A DNA stretch of 64,000 nt from an uncultured Fibrobacteria bacterium (GTDB taxonomy: Bacteria > Fibrobacterota > Fibrobacteria > UBA11236). The translations under genes and the position numbers were made by a program. The notes under the pieces are model-generated. The model was given only the letters and a program-made list of their open reading frames with translations, had not been told where the DNA came from and made no database searches. Shown piece by piece: positions 55,697-64,000 of the stretch. The stretch's first letter is position 1. The number at the start of each line of letters is the position of its first letter. The stretch covers positions 1,632,001 through 1,696,000 of the forward strand of contig OY970309.1 of the NCBI GenBank assembly GCA_963716395.1, read 5' to 3'.

Positions 55697-57346
55697 TTAT
55701 TTCGATCCCAGCCACGCAATGGGCATATAGAAGCCGGCGCCCGATGCCAGTTTCAGGGTTTCGCGCGTGGAGATTTTGATCAAATACAAGTCGGGCTGCA
55801 CCGGATTGCCGTTGGCGTCCAAGCCGCGCGTAGAGGCCACGGCGTAATCGGGCCGGTTCGACCATTCCGGATCGTCCCAGGTTTTGCCCAGGGCCAGTTC
55901 TGCGGGCGGCGTGTCGATGAAGTCAACGATGTGGCCGGGTAACGTGGAGGTCGCGTCGCCAATGAGCAGGATTTGGTGCTGCGCGTACAACTTCGGCGCC
56001 ACCAGATTCGGATAGCCAGGCGCATCGAACACCCCGAAATCTTCGAACAAAGCGCGCGCCGGTTGCGCGGGATCGGGCGAGATGGACATGTTGCACACCT
56101 GCACCGAATCGGGCAGCGGCGAGGGACTGCCGGGATAAACGTGCAGGAAGATTTTTTGGCCGGTACCGCGGTTGAGCAGCACGGCCCGCGGCGAACCCCC
56201 GGCCAGCCAATTGCTGTCTTGGGAAAGGCCGGCATTGTAGCTGCCCGCCGCGAGGATCCGGGGCGATCCGATGAGTTGCCCGCCGGAAAATTGCTGCCAA
56301 TAGGTTTTGCCGGTGTCGTTCCAGCCGTAGTCGTCGCCGGAAGAGCACCACACCAGGGCCGTGTCGACGCCGTCGGTCCAGAAACGGGGATTGGTGGCCG
56401 GATAGCCGGGGCCGTCGATGCGGGCGCCGCTCAGCGCCTGAATATAGACGCGGCTGACCACGCTGCCGTTGTTTACGGTCGCGCCTTCCAGGCCGGTTTC
56501 GTAGGTCAAATAGTTGCCGTCCGGCGACCAGGCGGGCAAGGTCGCACCTTTGGAAGTCGCGAAGGTATGGGTGACCAAGGTGTCGCCCATTTCCGCCAGG
56601 TCGGCGTAGTTCAGATAATACGCCGTAGCCACCGCGTCATAACTCAGCCAGGCTACGCGCAAATCCAGGCTGTCTCCGATGAATAATTGAATTTGCTGTT
56701 TCAGGCCGGCCGATTGCGGCAGCAGTTCCATGGCCACCGAATCCGAGAACTGCCTCAGGCGAAGGCGCCGCGTCAAATAGCCCGAGTCCGTGAATTCCAG
56801 CGTCATCCGCGGTAGCGTGTCAGTTACGGCGGCGCGGGCCAACGCCTTCGCCGCCGCAGGTGGGTTCAGCGCCACAACTTCGCTTCCCCGCACCAGCACC
56901 GGATAGGCTGTACGCTGCGCGCCGCGGCGCACCACCAATATCCGCAAGGCCATCGACAGCGGGTGTGTTTCGACCGCGATGGCTTGTGTCGCTTGCGGCG
57001 GAAGCCGGCGTTTCCATTCCCGCGTCCCGTCTTCGCGCCACCAGGAAAGCTCGACGGCCGCGTCGCTCCGGTTTTCGACCTGCAACGCAAGACCTTGCAA
57101 ACGCCACGTCAATCCCTCGTCTCGCAATTTGGGTTGGAATACGGCCAGCGATCCCTGTAAATGGAAAACGCCGTTGCTGTCGGTGCTTGCGGATTGCCCG
57201 GTTTCGAGCAAGGTTACCCGGGCCCCGGCTAGACCCTTCCCGTTGGGATCGTGAACCGTTCCCGAGACCTGCACGGTTTGCGCGTAAGCCCCGGCAAACG
57301 CAAAGCACAAGATGTACCACAAAGCCATTCGCGAGGCGCGCCGCAT
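55697..57346 (-). CDS. Carboxypeptidase-regulatory-like domain plus TolB-like/TIGR02171-like protein
   Basis: VSGTVHDPNGKGLAGARV, PAWSPDGNYLTY, QVCNMSISP, FEDFG, WDDPEWSN. Confidence 0.7.
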   Translation of the reverse strand: MRRASRMALWYILCFAFAGAYAQTVQVSGTVHDPNGKGLAGARVTLLETGQSASTDSNGVFHLQGSLAVFQPKLRDEGLTWRLQGLALQVENRSDAAVELSWWREDGTREWKRRLPPQATQAIAVETHPLSMALRILVVRRGAQRTAYPVLVRGSEVVALNPPAAAKALARAAVTDTLPRMTLEFTDSGYLTRRLRLRQFSDSVAMELLPQSAGLKQQIQLFIGDSLDLRVAWLSYDAVATAYYLNYADLAEMGDTLVTHTFATSKGATLPAWSPDGNYLTYETGLEGATVNNGSVVSRVYIQALSGARIDGPGYPATNPRFWTDGVDTALVWCSSGDDYGWNDTGKTYWQQFSGGQLIGSPRILAAGSYNAGLSQDSNWLAGGSPRAVLLNRGTGQKIFLHVYPGSPSPLPDSVQVCNMSISPDPAQPARALFEDFGVFDAPGYPNLVAPKLYAQHQILLIGDATSTLPGHIVDFIDTPPAELALGKTWDDPEWSNRPDYAVASTRGLDANGNPVQPDLYLIKISTRETLKLASGAGFYMPIAWLGSK

Positions 57347-57501
57347 TTTCCTAATCTACTCGCAACGGGTCGGGGGATCCTTCCGTCCCAGGCATGCGGA
57401 GCAGAGGCCGAGCCTGACGGGGGTAAGTAAATTGTAAACCGGTTTTGGACGGCTGAAGAGCGGAAGCCGCCGTTACAACTGATCCGGAAAAGGAGGCCGG
57501 C

Positions 57502-58413
57502 ATGGTGGAGATGGGCAACCGCGCGATGGCAGCCTTGGTGTTGGCCGCGGTTTCGGTACTGACCGGAAATGCCGCCGAATTGACTTTGGAAAAGGCCTTG
57601 CCCATTGAATCCTCCGAATTGCTTCAGCCTTCGGGCCTGACCATGGAAAACGGGAATCTATACATGGTTTCGGCCCGGGAAGACGGAGTCATTTATCGCC
57701 TGGATCTCAAAGGCGATCAAGCCGTGATGTCGACGGCGGTAAACATTCGGCCTCCCTCCACGGCTTCGGAAGGGGCGGAAAAACACCTGGTGTTGCGCGC
57801 GGTGGCGGCCGATTCGGCCGGCGACTTTTATGTGCTCAGCGAAGCGGCCTGCCGCATTTTACAGGTGAAAAAAAACGGCCAAGCCGAATGGCTGGGGCCC
57901 AGCTTGCTCTCCGCCGGAGTGGAAAAAGATTTGTTTTCGGGTGAAAATTCGGGCGCCGACGGCATCGCCCGCCTGGGCCCCGGACGCTTTTATGTCGGCG
58001 CGGCCCGGCAGCCGCGCGGCTTGCTGCGCGTGGATCTTTCCGGCGAGAAACCTCAGATTCTGGCCTTCAAGCTCGACCAGACCTCGCTCACCCCGACCGT
58101 CGGAAGCAAACCCGAATTGTTGGATCTGACCGTGGACAGTCGGAAAAATCTGTACGGCCTCATGGCCAATGCCGACGCGATTTGCCGCATCAAAACCGGC
58201 GAGGTCGTTGCAGAAGGGGAATGCTGGAGTTACGCGGCGACTTCGGGCGACGCCAAATATCAGTTTCAAGGGTTCAAATCGGGATTGGGCCGCGGCCTGG
58301 CCGTCGACGACCACGATTTTTACGTGCTGCTTGACAACCATGGCATGGCGCGCGTCTCTGATTCCAAGGATCGCCGGGCCTTGCTGCTGATTTTCAAGCG
58401 TCCCTCGTCTTGA
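57502..58413 (+). CDS. Secreted beta-propeller protein (SdiA-regulated-like)
   Basis: AGGAGG RBS, signal peptide, QPSGLT..LYMVS and repeated blade motifs. Confidence 0.65.
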   Translation: MVEMGNRAMAALVLAAVSVLTGNAAELTLEKALPIESSELLQPSGLTMENGNLYMVSAREDGVIYRLDLKGDQAVMSTAVNIRPPSTASEGAEKHLVLRAVAADSAGDFYVLSEAACRILQVKKNGQAEWLGPSLLSAGVEKDLFSGENSGADGIARLGPGRFYVGAARQPRGLLRVDLSGEKPQILAFKLDQTSLTPTVGSKPELLDLTVDSRKNLYGLMANADAICRIKTGEVVAEGECWSYAATSGDAKYQFQGFKSGLGRGLAVDDHDFYVLLDNHGMARVSDSKDRRALLLIFKRPSS

Positions 58414-58423
58414 GTCCAGCCCC

Positions 58424-59203
58424 GTGACGGTTCCGGAAAAATTTCCCGCCGGAGTACGGGCGGTGTTGGCCCAATTGGCCGCCGTTCCTTACGAAAACCT
58501 GAGCAAAATCGTGGCGCGGCATCGCAAGGGTAACCCGGAAAGCGCGCTGGACTTTTCTTGCTTCCGGCCCGGGGATCCGCTGCGTCCGCATTGGGGCGGT
58601 ACCTGCTTCGCGCTCACCCATTGGCTCAAAATCAGAATGGACGAACTGAACCAGAGTACGGCTTATCTTATGGCCGGCAAGCCGCAGTCTGCCGATATCC
58701 ATTGCGGGTTGTTGTGGGAATATGCGGGCGGATTGTATCTGCTCGATCCCGGATATTTGCTCTTCGATCCCCTGCCTTTGCCGGAGAATGGAGGCCAAGC
58801 TTTCGCGTCGGCGCCGCCCCACGCGATTCGCCTCGAAGACCAGGTTGAAGCGGGTTTGTGGCGCCTTTTCACCGGCCCCGAATCGGGTCTCAAATACCGT
58901 TTTGATTTCCGCAAAGAGCCGGTCGGCGACGCGGAATTCCAACGGCATTGGGAGGCTTCGTTCACCTGGCCCATGATGCGCTACCCCGTGCTGAACCGGG
59001 TGGAAAACGGCGTACAGTTTTATTTGCAGAGAAACAATTTGCTGGTGCGTACGGCGGCGGAAAGCACGATGCGGCGTCTGACCGGGGATGAGGTCGCGGC
59101 CACGGCCGAATCGACGTTCGGATTGCCGCGGCCGCTGGTGCAAGAGGCGTTAGCGTTATTGTACGGGGGCGGCGCGACCAATCCGATGCGGCCCCCGCGG
59201 TGA
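58424..59203 (+). CDS. Arylamine N-acetyltransferase family protein
   Basis: VPYENL, GGTCF, H, YLLDPGY (Cys-His-Asp triad). Confidence 0.85.
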   Translation: MTVPEKFPAGVRAVLAQLAAVPYENLSKIVARHRKGNPESALDFSCFRPGDPLRPHWGGTCFALTHWLKIRMDELNQSTAYLMAGKPQSADIHCGLLWEYAGGLYLLDPGYLLFDPLPLPENGGQAFASAPPHAIRLEDQVEAGLWRLFTGPESGLKYRFDFRKEPVGDAEFQRHWEASFTWPMMRYPVLNRVENGVQFYLQRNNLLVRTAAESTMRRLTGDEVAATAESTFGLPRPLVQEALALLYGGGATNPMRPPR

Positions 59204-59265
59204 TCCGGAAACCCAATGTTAACCTTCTGGTTACTGGCGCCGGCTCGTGGAAAGTGTGAAAATTT

Positions 59266-60537
59266 TCAGGCGGCGGGTCCGGACAACCGTTCGGGAATGC
59301 TCTCGAATTGCAGCAGGTGATCGAAGGTCTGGCGGGCGCGAATGACTTCTTCGCGCTCTACGCTGATCAGTACTTCGGGGGCGAGTCGGCGTGAATTGTA
59401 GTTGCTGGACATGGCCGCGCCGTAGGCCCCCGCGTCCTGAAGCACCAGATAATCTCCGACCTTGGCTTCGGGCAGCGAACGCGTGGTCACCACGCCGCCT
59501 TCTTCTTGCGTGAACACGTCGCCCGACTCGCATAAGGGGCCGGCCACGACGGCGTCTTGCATCGTGGTGATTTCGCGGCCGTCGCCCGGACAAATCGAAA
59601 TCTCATGGTAAGCGCCGTACAGCGCCGGGCGTACCAAGGTGTCGAATCCGGCGTCGACGAGATAAAAACGGTTGCCGGCGGTTTTCTTCACCGAACGGAT
59701 TTGCGCCACCAGAATGCCGGACTCGGCCACGAGGTAGCGGCCCGGTTCCACCTCAAGCCGCACGGCATGGCCTACTTCGCGTGCGATTTCTTGGCGGGCC
59801 CTGTCCCACAGCGCGTAATAGGCCTGCACATCGATGCGCGCCTGGTTTTTGCGGTAGGGAATGGGCAGGCCGCCGCCGGCGCTGATGACGTCGAGTTCGG
59901 GCCCCATGCGCCGCGCCAGGCGTACCATGGCGTCGCATACCTGCGCCAAGTGATCGAAATCGGCTCCCGAGCCGATGTGCATGTGCAGGCCGTGGATGCG
60001 CACGCCGGCTTCACGGCCCAGGCGCAGGCATTCGTCCAGTTGCGCGTGCCAGATGCCGTGCTTCGACCATTCTCCGCCCGTGTTGGTTTTGCGCGAATGG
60101 CCGTGGCCGAAACCGGGGTTGATGCGCAGGATGACGGAGGCACCGGGATAAAATGACCCGAGCTGCGGAAGCATGTCGGGCGATCCGGCGTTGACGGGAA
60201 TGCGGTGGGCCGCGATGGCGGCGACGGCGTCGGCGTCGAACAAATCGGCGGTGTACACGATGCCGGGCGGATCGCCTTCGCCGCGGAAACCGGCCCGCAG
60301 CGCGCGCTGGATTTCTCCGGCCGATACGGCGTCGACCACGGCGCCCAATTTTCTCATCAAGGCGAGCAGGGCGAGATTGGAACAGGCTTTTTGCGCGTAG
60401 CGAATCACGTCGAAGCGGCGCAATTCGGCGACGCGCTGTCCGATCACCGCCTCGTCATAGAGAAAGACGGGCGTGCCGTGGCGCGCGGCCAATTCGGCGA
60501 TGGAGCGGCCCGCAAAGTGGGTCATGACGTTTTGCAT
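59266..60537 (-). CDS. lysA: Diaminopimelate decarboxylase
   Basis: RYAQKACSN, DAVSAGE, SKHGI, HMHIGSG, EPGRYLVAE, GPLCESGD, GAYGAAMSSNYN. Confidence 0.96.
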   Translation of the reverse strand: MQNVMTHFAGRSIAELAARHGTPVFLYDEAVIGQRVAELRRFDVIRYAQKACSNLALLALMRKLGAVVDAVSAGEIQRALRAGFRGEGDPPGIVYTADLFDADAVAAIAAHRIPVNAGSPDMLPQLGSFYPGASVILRINPGFGHGHSRKTNTGGEWSKHGIWHAQLDECLRLGREAGVRIHGLHMHIGSGADFDHLAQVCDAMVRLARRMGPELDVISAGGGLPIPYRKNQARIDVQAYYALWDRARQEIAREVGHAVRLEVEPGRYLVAESGILVAQIRSVKKTAGNRFYLVDAGFDTLVRPALYGAYHEISICPGDGREITTMQDAVVAGPLCESGDVFTQEEGGVVTTRSLPEAKVGDYLVLQDAGAYGAAMSSNYNSRRLAPEVLISVEREEVIRARQTFDHLLQFESIPERLSGPAA

Positions 60538-60603
60538 CGGCTTTCCGGATTCGGGGAAAAAGAAAACTAACTCAAGCGCGCCGCCCGGTCGCCGCCGGCG
60601 AAA

Positions 60604-60771
60604 TCAGGATTCGGGTTCGGGAGAACCGCTGAAGTTGTAGCGCTTGGTCATGTATTTCTCCAGCATGGTGACCTGGGCGTTCATGCGCGTTTCCAGCCGG
60701 GCCACATGCAAAAAAACGCTCAGGAAAAAAAGCGCCAGGCAGACGGTGAACAAGGCGAGAATCAGAGTCAT
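60604..60771 (-). CDS. Small membrane protein, probably leaderless
   Basis: Hydrophobic MTLILALFTVCLALFFLSVF; TATAAT 7 nt before the ATG. Confidence 0.55.
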   Translation of the reverse strand: MTLILALFTVCLALFFLSVFLHVARLETRMNAQVTMLEKYMTKRYNFSGSPEPES

Positions 60772-60815
60772 ACCCCGCATTATAGTCGGCCGCGGGAGCC
60801 GCGCGCAAGCGCGGC

Positions 60816-62192
60816 TTAGGCTTCGGGGTGCGGATTTTCTTCGCTTTCCCAATAACCCCGGATTCCATGCGTATGCATGCGCGAGTACAGGGCCCGGCGG
60901 GTGATACCCAGCAGGCCCGCGGCCCGGGTTTTGTTGCCCCCGGTTTTTTCCAGCGCCTGCAGAATCAAGTTTTTCTCCAGTTCGTCCAGCGACAGCCCGC
61001 TGTCGGGGAGTTTGAAGGCGGCCGGAGTTTCCAGCAGCTTGCGGTTGCGGATATGCTCGGGAAGATCGGCCACGGCGATGGGCCGCAGTCCTGCGATGAT
61101 GGCCGCTCGCTCCAGGCAGTTTTCCAGTTCGCGCACATTGCCGGGCCAGGCGTATTCCAACAGTCGGGTCAACACGCCTTCACCCAGGCCCGCAGTATGC
61201 CCGAACTTGGCCAGCAGGGCGTCGCACAGGGCCGGCATATCCTCGGGCCGCTCGCTCAGCGAGGGCACGAAGATGGGAAAGACGTTGAGACGGAAATACA
61301 GGTCTTCACGGAAATGTCCGAGGCGCAGTTCCTCTTCGAGATTGCGGTGCGTGGCCGCGATCACGCGGGCCGAAGTGCGCAAAAGTTGCGAGCCGCCCAC
61401 GCGCGTGAATTCACGCTCCTGCAACACGCGCAACAGCTTGACCTGCATGGCCGGAGTGACGTCGCCGATCTCGTCGAGAAAGATGGTGCCGGTGCCGGCG
61501 CGCTCGAAGTATCCGGGTTTCTGCGCCGCGGCGCCGGTGAAGGCGCCTTTTTCGTGGCCGAACAGTTCGGATTCCAGCAGGCTCTCCGGTACGGCTCCGC
61601 AGTTCACGGCCAGAAAGGGGTCGCGCCCGCTTTCGGCGTGGATGCCGCGCGCGATCAGCTCTTTGCCGCTGCCGCTGCGCCCGCGGATCAATACCGTGGT
61701 GTCACGGCCCGCCACCATCTTCGCCTGGCGGATCACCTCTTGCATGGCCTTGGATCGGCCCACCACGCGATCCAGGCGATGGCGGTCGCTTTCGCGGCGG
61801 CTGTAATCCTCGAGCGCGCGGCGCAAACGATCTTTTTCCAGGGCCGCGCGCACCAACAGCACCATTTCGTCCATTTCAAAGGGCTTGAGCACATATTCCA
61901 AGGCTCCTTGCCGCATGGCTTCTACGCCCGTGCCGGATTCGGCGTAAGCCGTCATCACGATGCAGGCGCAGGCGGGGCGCGCTGCCCGGAGGCGCTGCAA
62001 AAGTTCCAGCCCCGACTGTCCCGGCAAGCGCACGTCGGTGATGACCACGTCGAAGGCGCCGGCCGAAAAGCGGGCGAAGGCAGCTTCGGCGCTGCCCTCG
62101 GCCGCCACCTCCCAGCCTTCGGCCGCCAGGGCTTCGGCCAGCAGCAGCCGCAGCTTGGGTTCATCATCCACCACTAAAATTTGTGTCGCCAT
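60816..62192 (-). CDS. Sigma54-dependent response regulator (NtrC family)
   Basis: Receiver ILVVDD/TDVRLP, GRSGSGKE, GAFTGA, DEIGD, WPGNVRELEN, Fis HTH. Confidence 0.95.
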   Translation of the reverse strand: MATQILVVDDEPKLRLLLAEALAAEGWEVAAEGSAEAAFARFSAGAFDVVITDVRLPGQSGLELLQRLRAARPACACIVMTAYAESGTGVEAMRQGALEYVLKPFEMDEMVLLVRAALEKDRLRRALEDYSRRESDRHRLDRVVGRSKAMQEVIRQAKMVAGRDTTVLIRGRSGSGKELIARGIHAESGRDPFLAVNCGAVPESLLESELFGHEKGAFTGAAAQKPGYFERAGTGTIFLDEIGDVTPAMQVKLLRVLQEREFTRVGGSQLLRTSARVIAATHRNLEEELRLGHFREDLYFRLNVFPIFVPSLSERPEDMPALCDALLAKFGHTAGLGEGVLTRLLEYAWPGNVRELENCLERAAIIAGLRPIAVADLPEHIRNRKLLETPAAFKLPDSGLSLDELEKNLILQALEKTGGNKTRAAGLLGITRRALYSRMHTHGIRGYWESEENPHPEA

Positions 62193-63541
62193 TAGCCGTT
62201 CTCCTTGCCGGGCGGTTCTCCGGTCGTGGCGAATTCCAGCGCCACGCAGGCGCCGATTTTCTCGCCGGGAAAGCTGCGCCGCGCCCGCGCCGGCGTCCAC
62301 AACCCCACCTGCCAACCCATGCGCCCGCAGAGGGTTTTGACGATGGCGAGTCCCAGCCCCGCCCCGGTGCGCGATCCGGTCACGAACGGATCGAACAGGG
62401 TTTTGCGCAGGGCCTTGGGAACGCCCGGCCCCTGATCGGCGATCAGCAGCCGCAGGCGGCCCGGGCGGGGACTCTCGGCGTGCAGAAAGATGCACCCCGA
62501 ACCCTGCATGGCCTGGGCGGCATTGTGGAAAATATTTTCCAGCACCTGACGCGCCGCGTCGGGGTCGGCCGCCACCTCGGCGTCGAGCGATGATTTGCAA
62601 ACCACTTCGACGCCGGGGTGCGCGGCGCGCAAGGTCACGCCGGCGGCGGCCACGGTTTGCGCCAGCGGCAGGGGCTGCGTCCCCAGGCGGCGGTCATGCG
62701 AGAAGCTCAGGATGTTGGTGATGATGCGCGACAAGCGCATGGTTTCATCGGAGAGGAATTGAAAAGCGGCGTTTTGACCTTGGGGGTCGAGCCGTCGGCG
62801 CAACACATCGATGGAGGATTTGATGACCGCCAGTGGATTTTTGAGTTCGTGCGCCAGTTCGGCGCTGGTGCGGCCGAGAAAGGCCAATTGCTCGTGTCGC
62901 CGCGCGGCCGCCAGAGCCGCCTGCGCACGGCGATCCAGCGCCAGCAAAGCGGCTATCAGCGCCAGCAGGGAAACCAGGAGGCAGGCCGCCAACCCGTAGG
63001 TAATGCGCCGCGAGGATTCGAATTGGCTGAGCAGGTTGCGATCGGATTCGAGCACGACCACCTGTTCCGTACCGTAAAAATCGAAGGGGAAGTACAGCGA
63101 CTGGCGTGAAGCCGAGTGCGCGGCGCGGGCGAATACAGGCAGGCGCATGCGCAACGCCTGATCGTAGCCCACGCTGTCGAGCAGATACGGCCGAATATCG
63201 GCCCCGGTGGCCAGACTCGGCGTGGTGGCGATGTAGACGTCGCCCAGCGAATCGGTGAGCGCCACCCGCTGCAGCCCCGTGGCCGCGGCCAGCCGATGCA
63301 GCCAAGCGCCTTTTTCCTGCACGAAGTCTTTCGGTAAATTGCGCGGCGTCAACACGAAGGTGTATGAGAAAATGTCTTCATGCAAATTCTCGACGATGTA
63401 TTGCGCCAAATCGCGCATACGCTGCCGCGATGCGGCTTCGGCCTGGGTCAGGTTGCGCGACAACTGCACCATGACGAAGCCGGCGCTGATCAGCGGCGCG
63501 ACTGCGGCTAGGCCGAGAGTGGCCCATAAATAGCGCCGCAT
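62192..63541 (-). CDS. Membrane sensor histidine kinase
   Basis: AHELKNPL, ENIFHNA, DQGPG, GAGLGL boxes; two TM helices; TAATG overlap with regulator. Confidence 0.93.
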   Translation of the reverse strand: MRRYLWATLGLAAVAPLISAGFVMVQLSRNLTQAEAASRQRMRDLAQYIVENLHEDIFSYTFVLTPRNLPKDFVQEKGAWLHRLAAATGLQRVALTDSLGDVYIATTPSLATGADIRPYLLDSVGYDQALRMRLPVFARAAHSASRQSLYFPFDFYGTEQVVVLESDRNLLSQFESSRRITYGLAACLLVSLLALIAALLALDRRAQAALAAARRHEQLAFLGRTSAELAHELKNPLAVIKSSIDVLRRRLDPQGQNAAFQFLSDETMRLSRIITNILSFSHDRRLGTQPLPLAQTVAAAGVTLRAAHPGVEVVCKSSLDAEVAADPDAARQVLENIFHNAAQAMQGSGCIFLHAESPRPGRLRLLIADQGPGVPKALRKTLFDPFVTGSRTGAGLGLAIVKTLCGRMGWQVGLWTPARARRSFPGEKIGACVALEFATTGEPPGKENG

Positions 63542-63545
63542 GCGA

Positions 63546-64000
63546 TCAATCTCCCCAGCGGAAAAAAGCTCCGAACCGGAAAATGGGTCCCGAGGGATTT
63601 CCCGTGGCGTGGTTCAATTCATAGCCGCCGCCGGCGTAAAACCAAAAACTGGAATGGGCCCACAACCGATATTCGTATTCTCCGGTCAAATCCAAATCCT
63701 GGCGCACGCCCGGAGTCGCCACGTTATAAACGTCGGGTCCGGAATAGCGGTCGCGTTGCCAGGCATACTCGAATTTCAGGCCGGGGCGGTGGGGGCCGGA
63801 TCGAAGCATGGATTCCAGGGAAAATTCCAGGGACTCGAATCCGCTGTAAGAAGGCGATTCGGGTAACCCGGGAATCGGGCCGCTCAGGGCAATCGCGTTC
63901 CACGCGCCGGTGAGAACCGCAACCTGCCGCCAGTGCGCGCCCAAATGCGAGAATTCGGAATTGGCCGAATAGGCCATCCAGTCGCGGCGCAACTGAGCCA
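63546..64000 (-). CDS. Hypothetical outer-membrane-like protein (5' part outside window)
   Basis: Aromatic-rich alternating strands, ends FRFGAFFRWGD. Confidence 0.5.
   Translation of the reverse strand, partial: AQLRRDWMAYSANSEFSHLGAHWRQVAVLTGAWNAIALSGPIPGLPESPSYSGFESLEFSLESMLRSGPHRPGLKFEYAWQRDRYSGPDVYNVATPGVRQDLDLTGEYEYRLWAHSSFWFYAGGGYELNHATGNPSGPIFRFGAFFRWGD

Noticed and set aside
60538-60603. Lysine riboswitch upstream of lysA
   Set aside because: The intergenic space is too short.

Overview
GC-rich bacterial chromosome segment, most likely from Fibrobacterota (inferred from TIGR02171-like lipoproteins and Fibrobacter-type C-terminal sorting tails). 1-26.7 kb is core-like: TPR protein, trm112, accA, a DUF2723/glycosyltransferase operon, nusB-rib operon, S8 protease, radical SAM, rsmE, pgi and a LivK-type binding protein. 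26.7-46.4 kb is a mosaic, AT-richer interbacterial-antagonism island. It holds three paralogs sharing a near-identical ~114-aa N-terminal domain I do not recognise (MPK[T/S]QGQTDQ...) joined to divergent C-terminal halves, one fused to a lytic transglycosylase. Each sits behind a conserved leaderless promoter with a CRP-like box at about -41. The island also carries a TNT/NADase-like toxin with Imm71/72 immunity, an orphan toxin-tip/immunity cassette bounded by 455-bp direct repeats that contain the 3' end of the livK gene, a metallophosphoesterase plus pentapeptide-repeat pair, an amber-interrupted lysozyme-like gene, IS21 and IS91 relics and a MITE. 46.5-64 kb encodes secreted carbohydrate enzymes, a surface operon with a plant-like UDP-apiose/xylose synthase and an AlgX-like protein, NAT, lysA and a sigma54 two-component system. 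No rRNA, tRNA or CRISPR array was seen. All calls come from reading motifs by eye; no searches were run.
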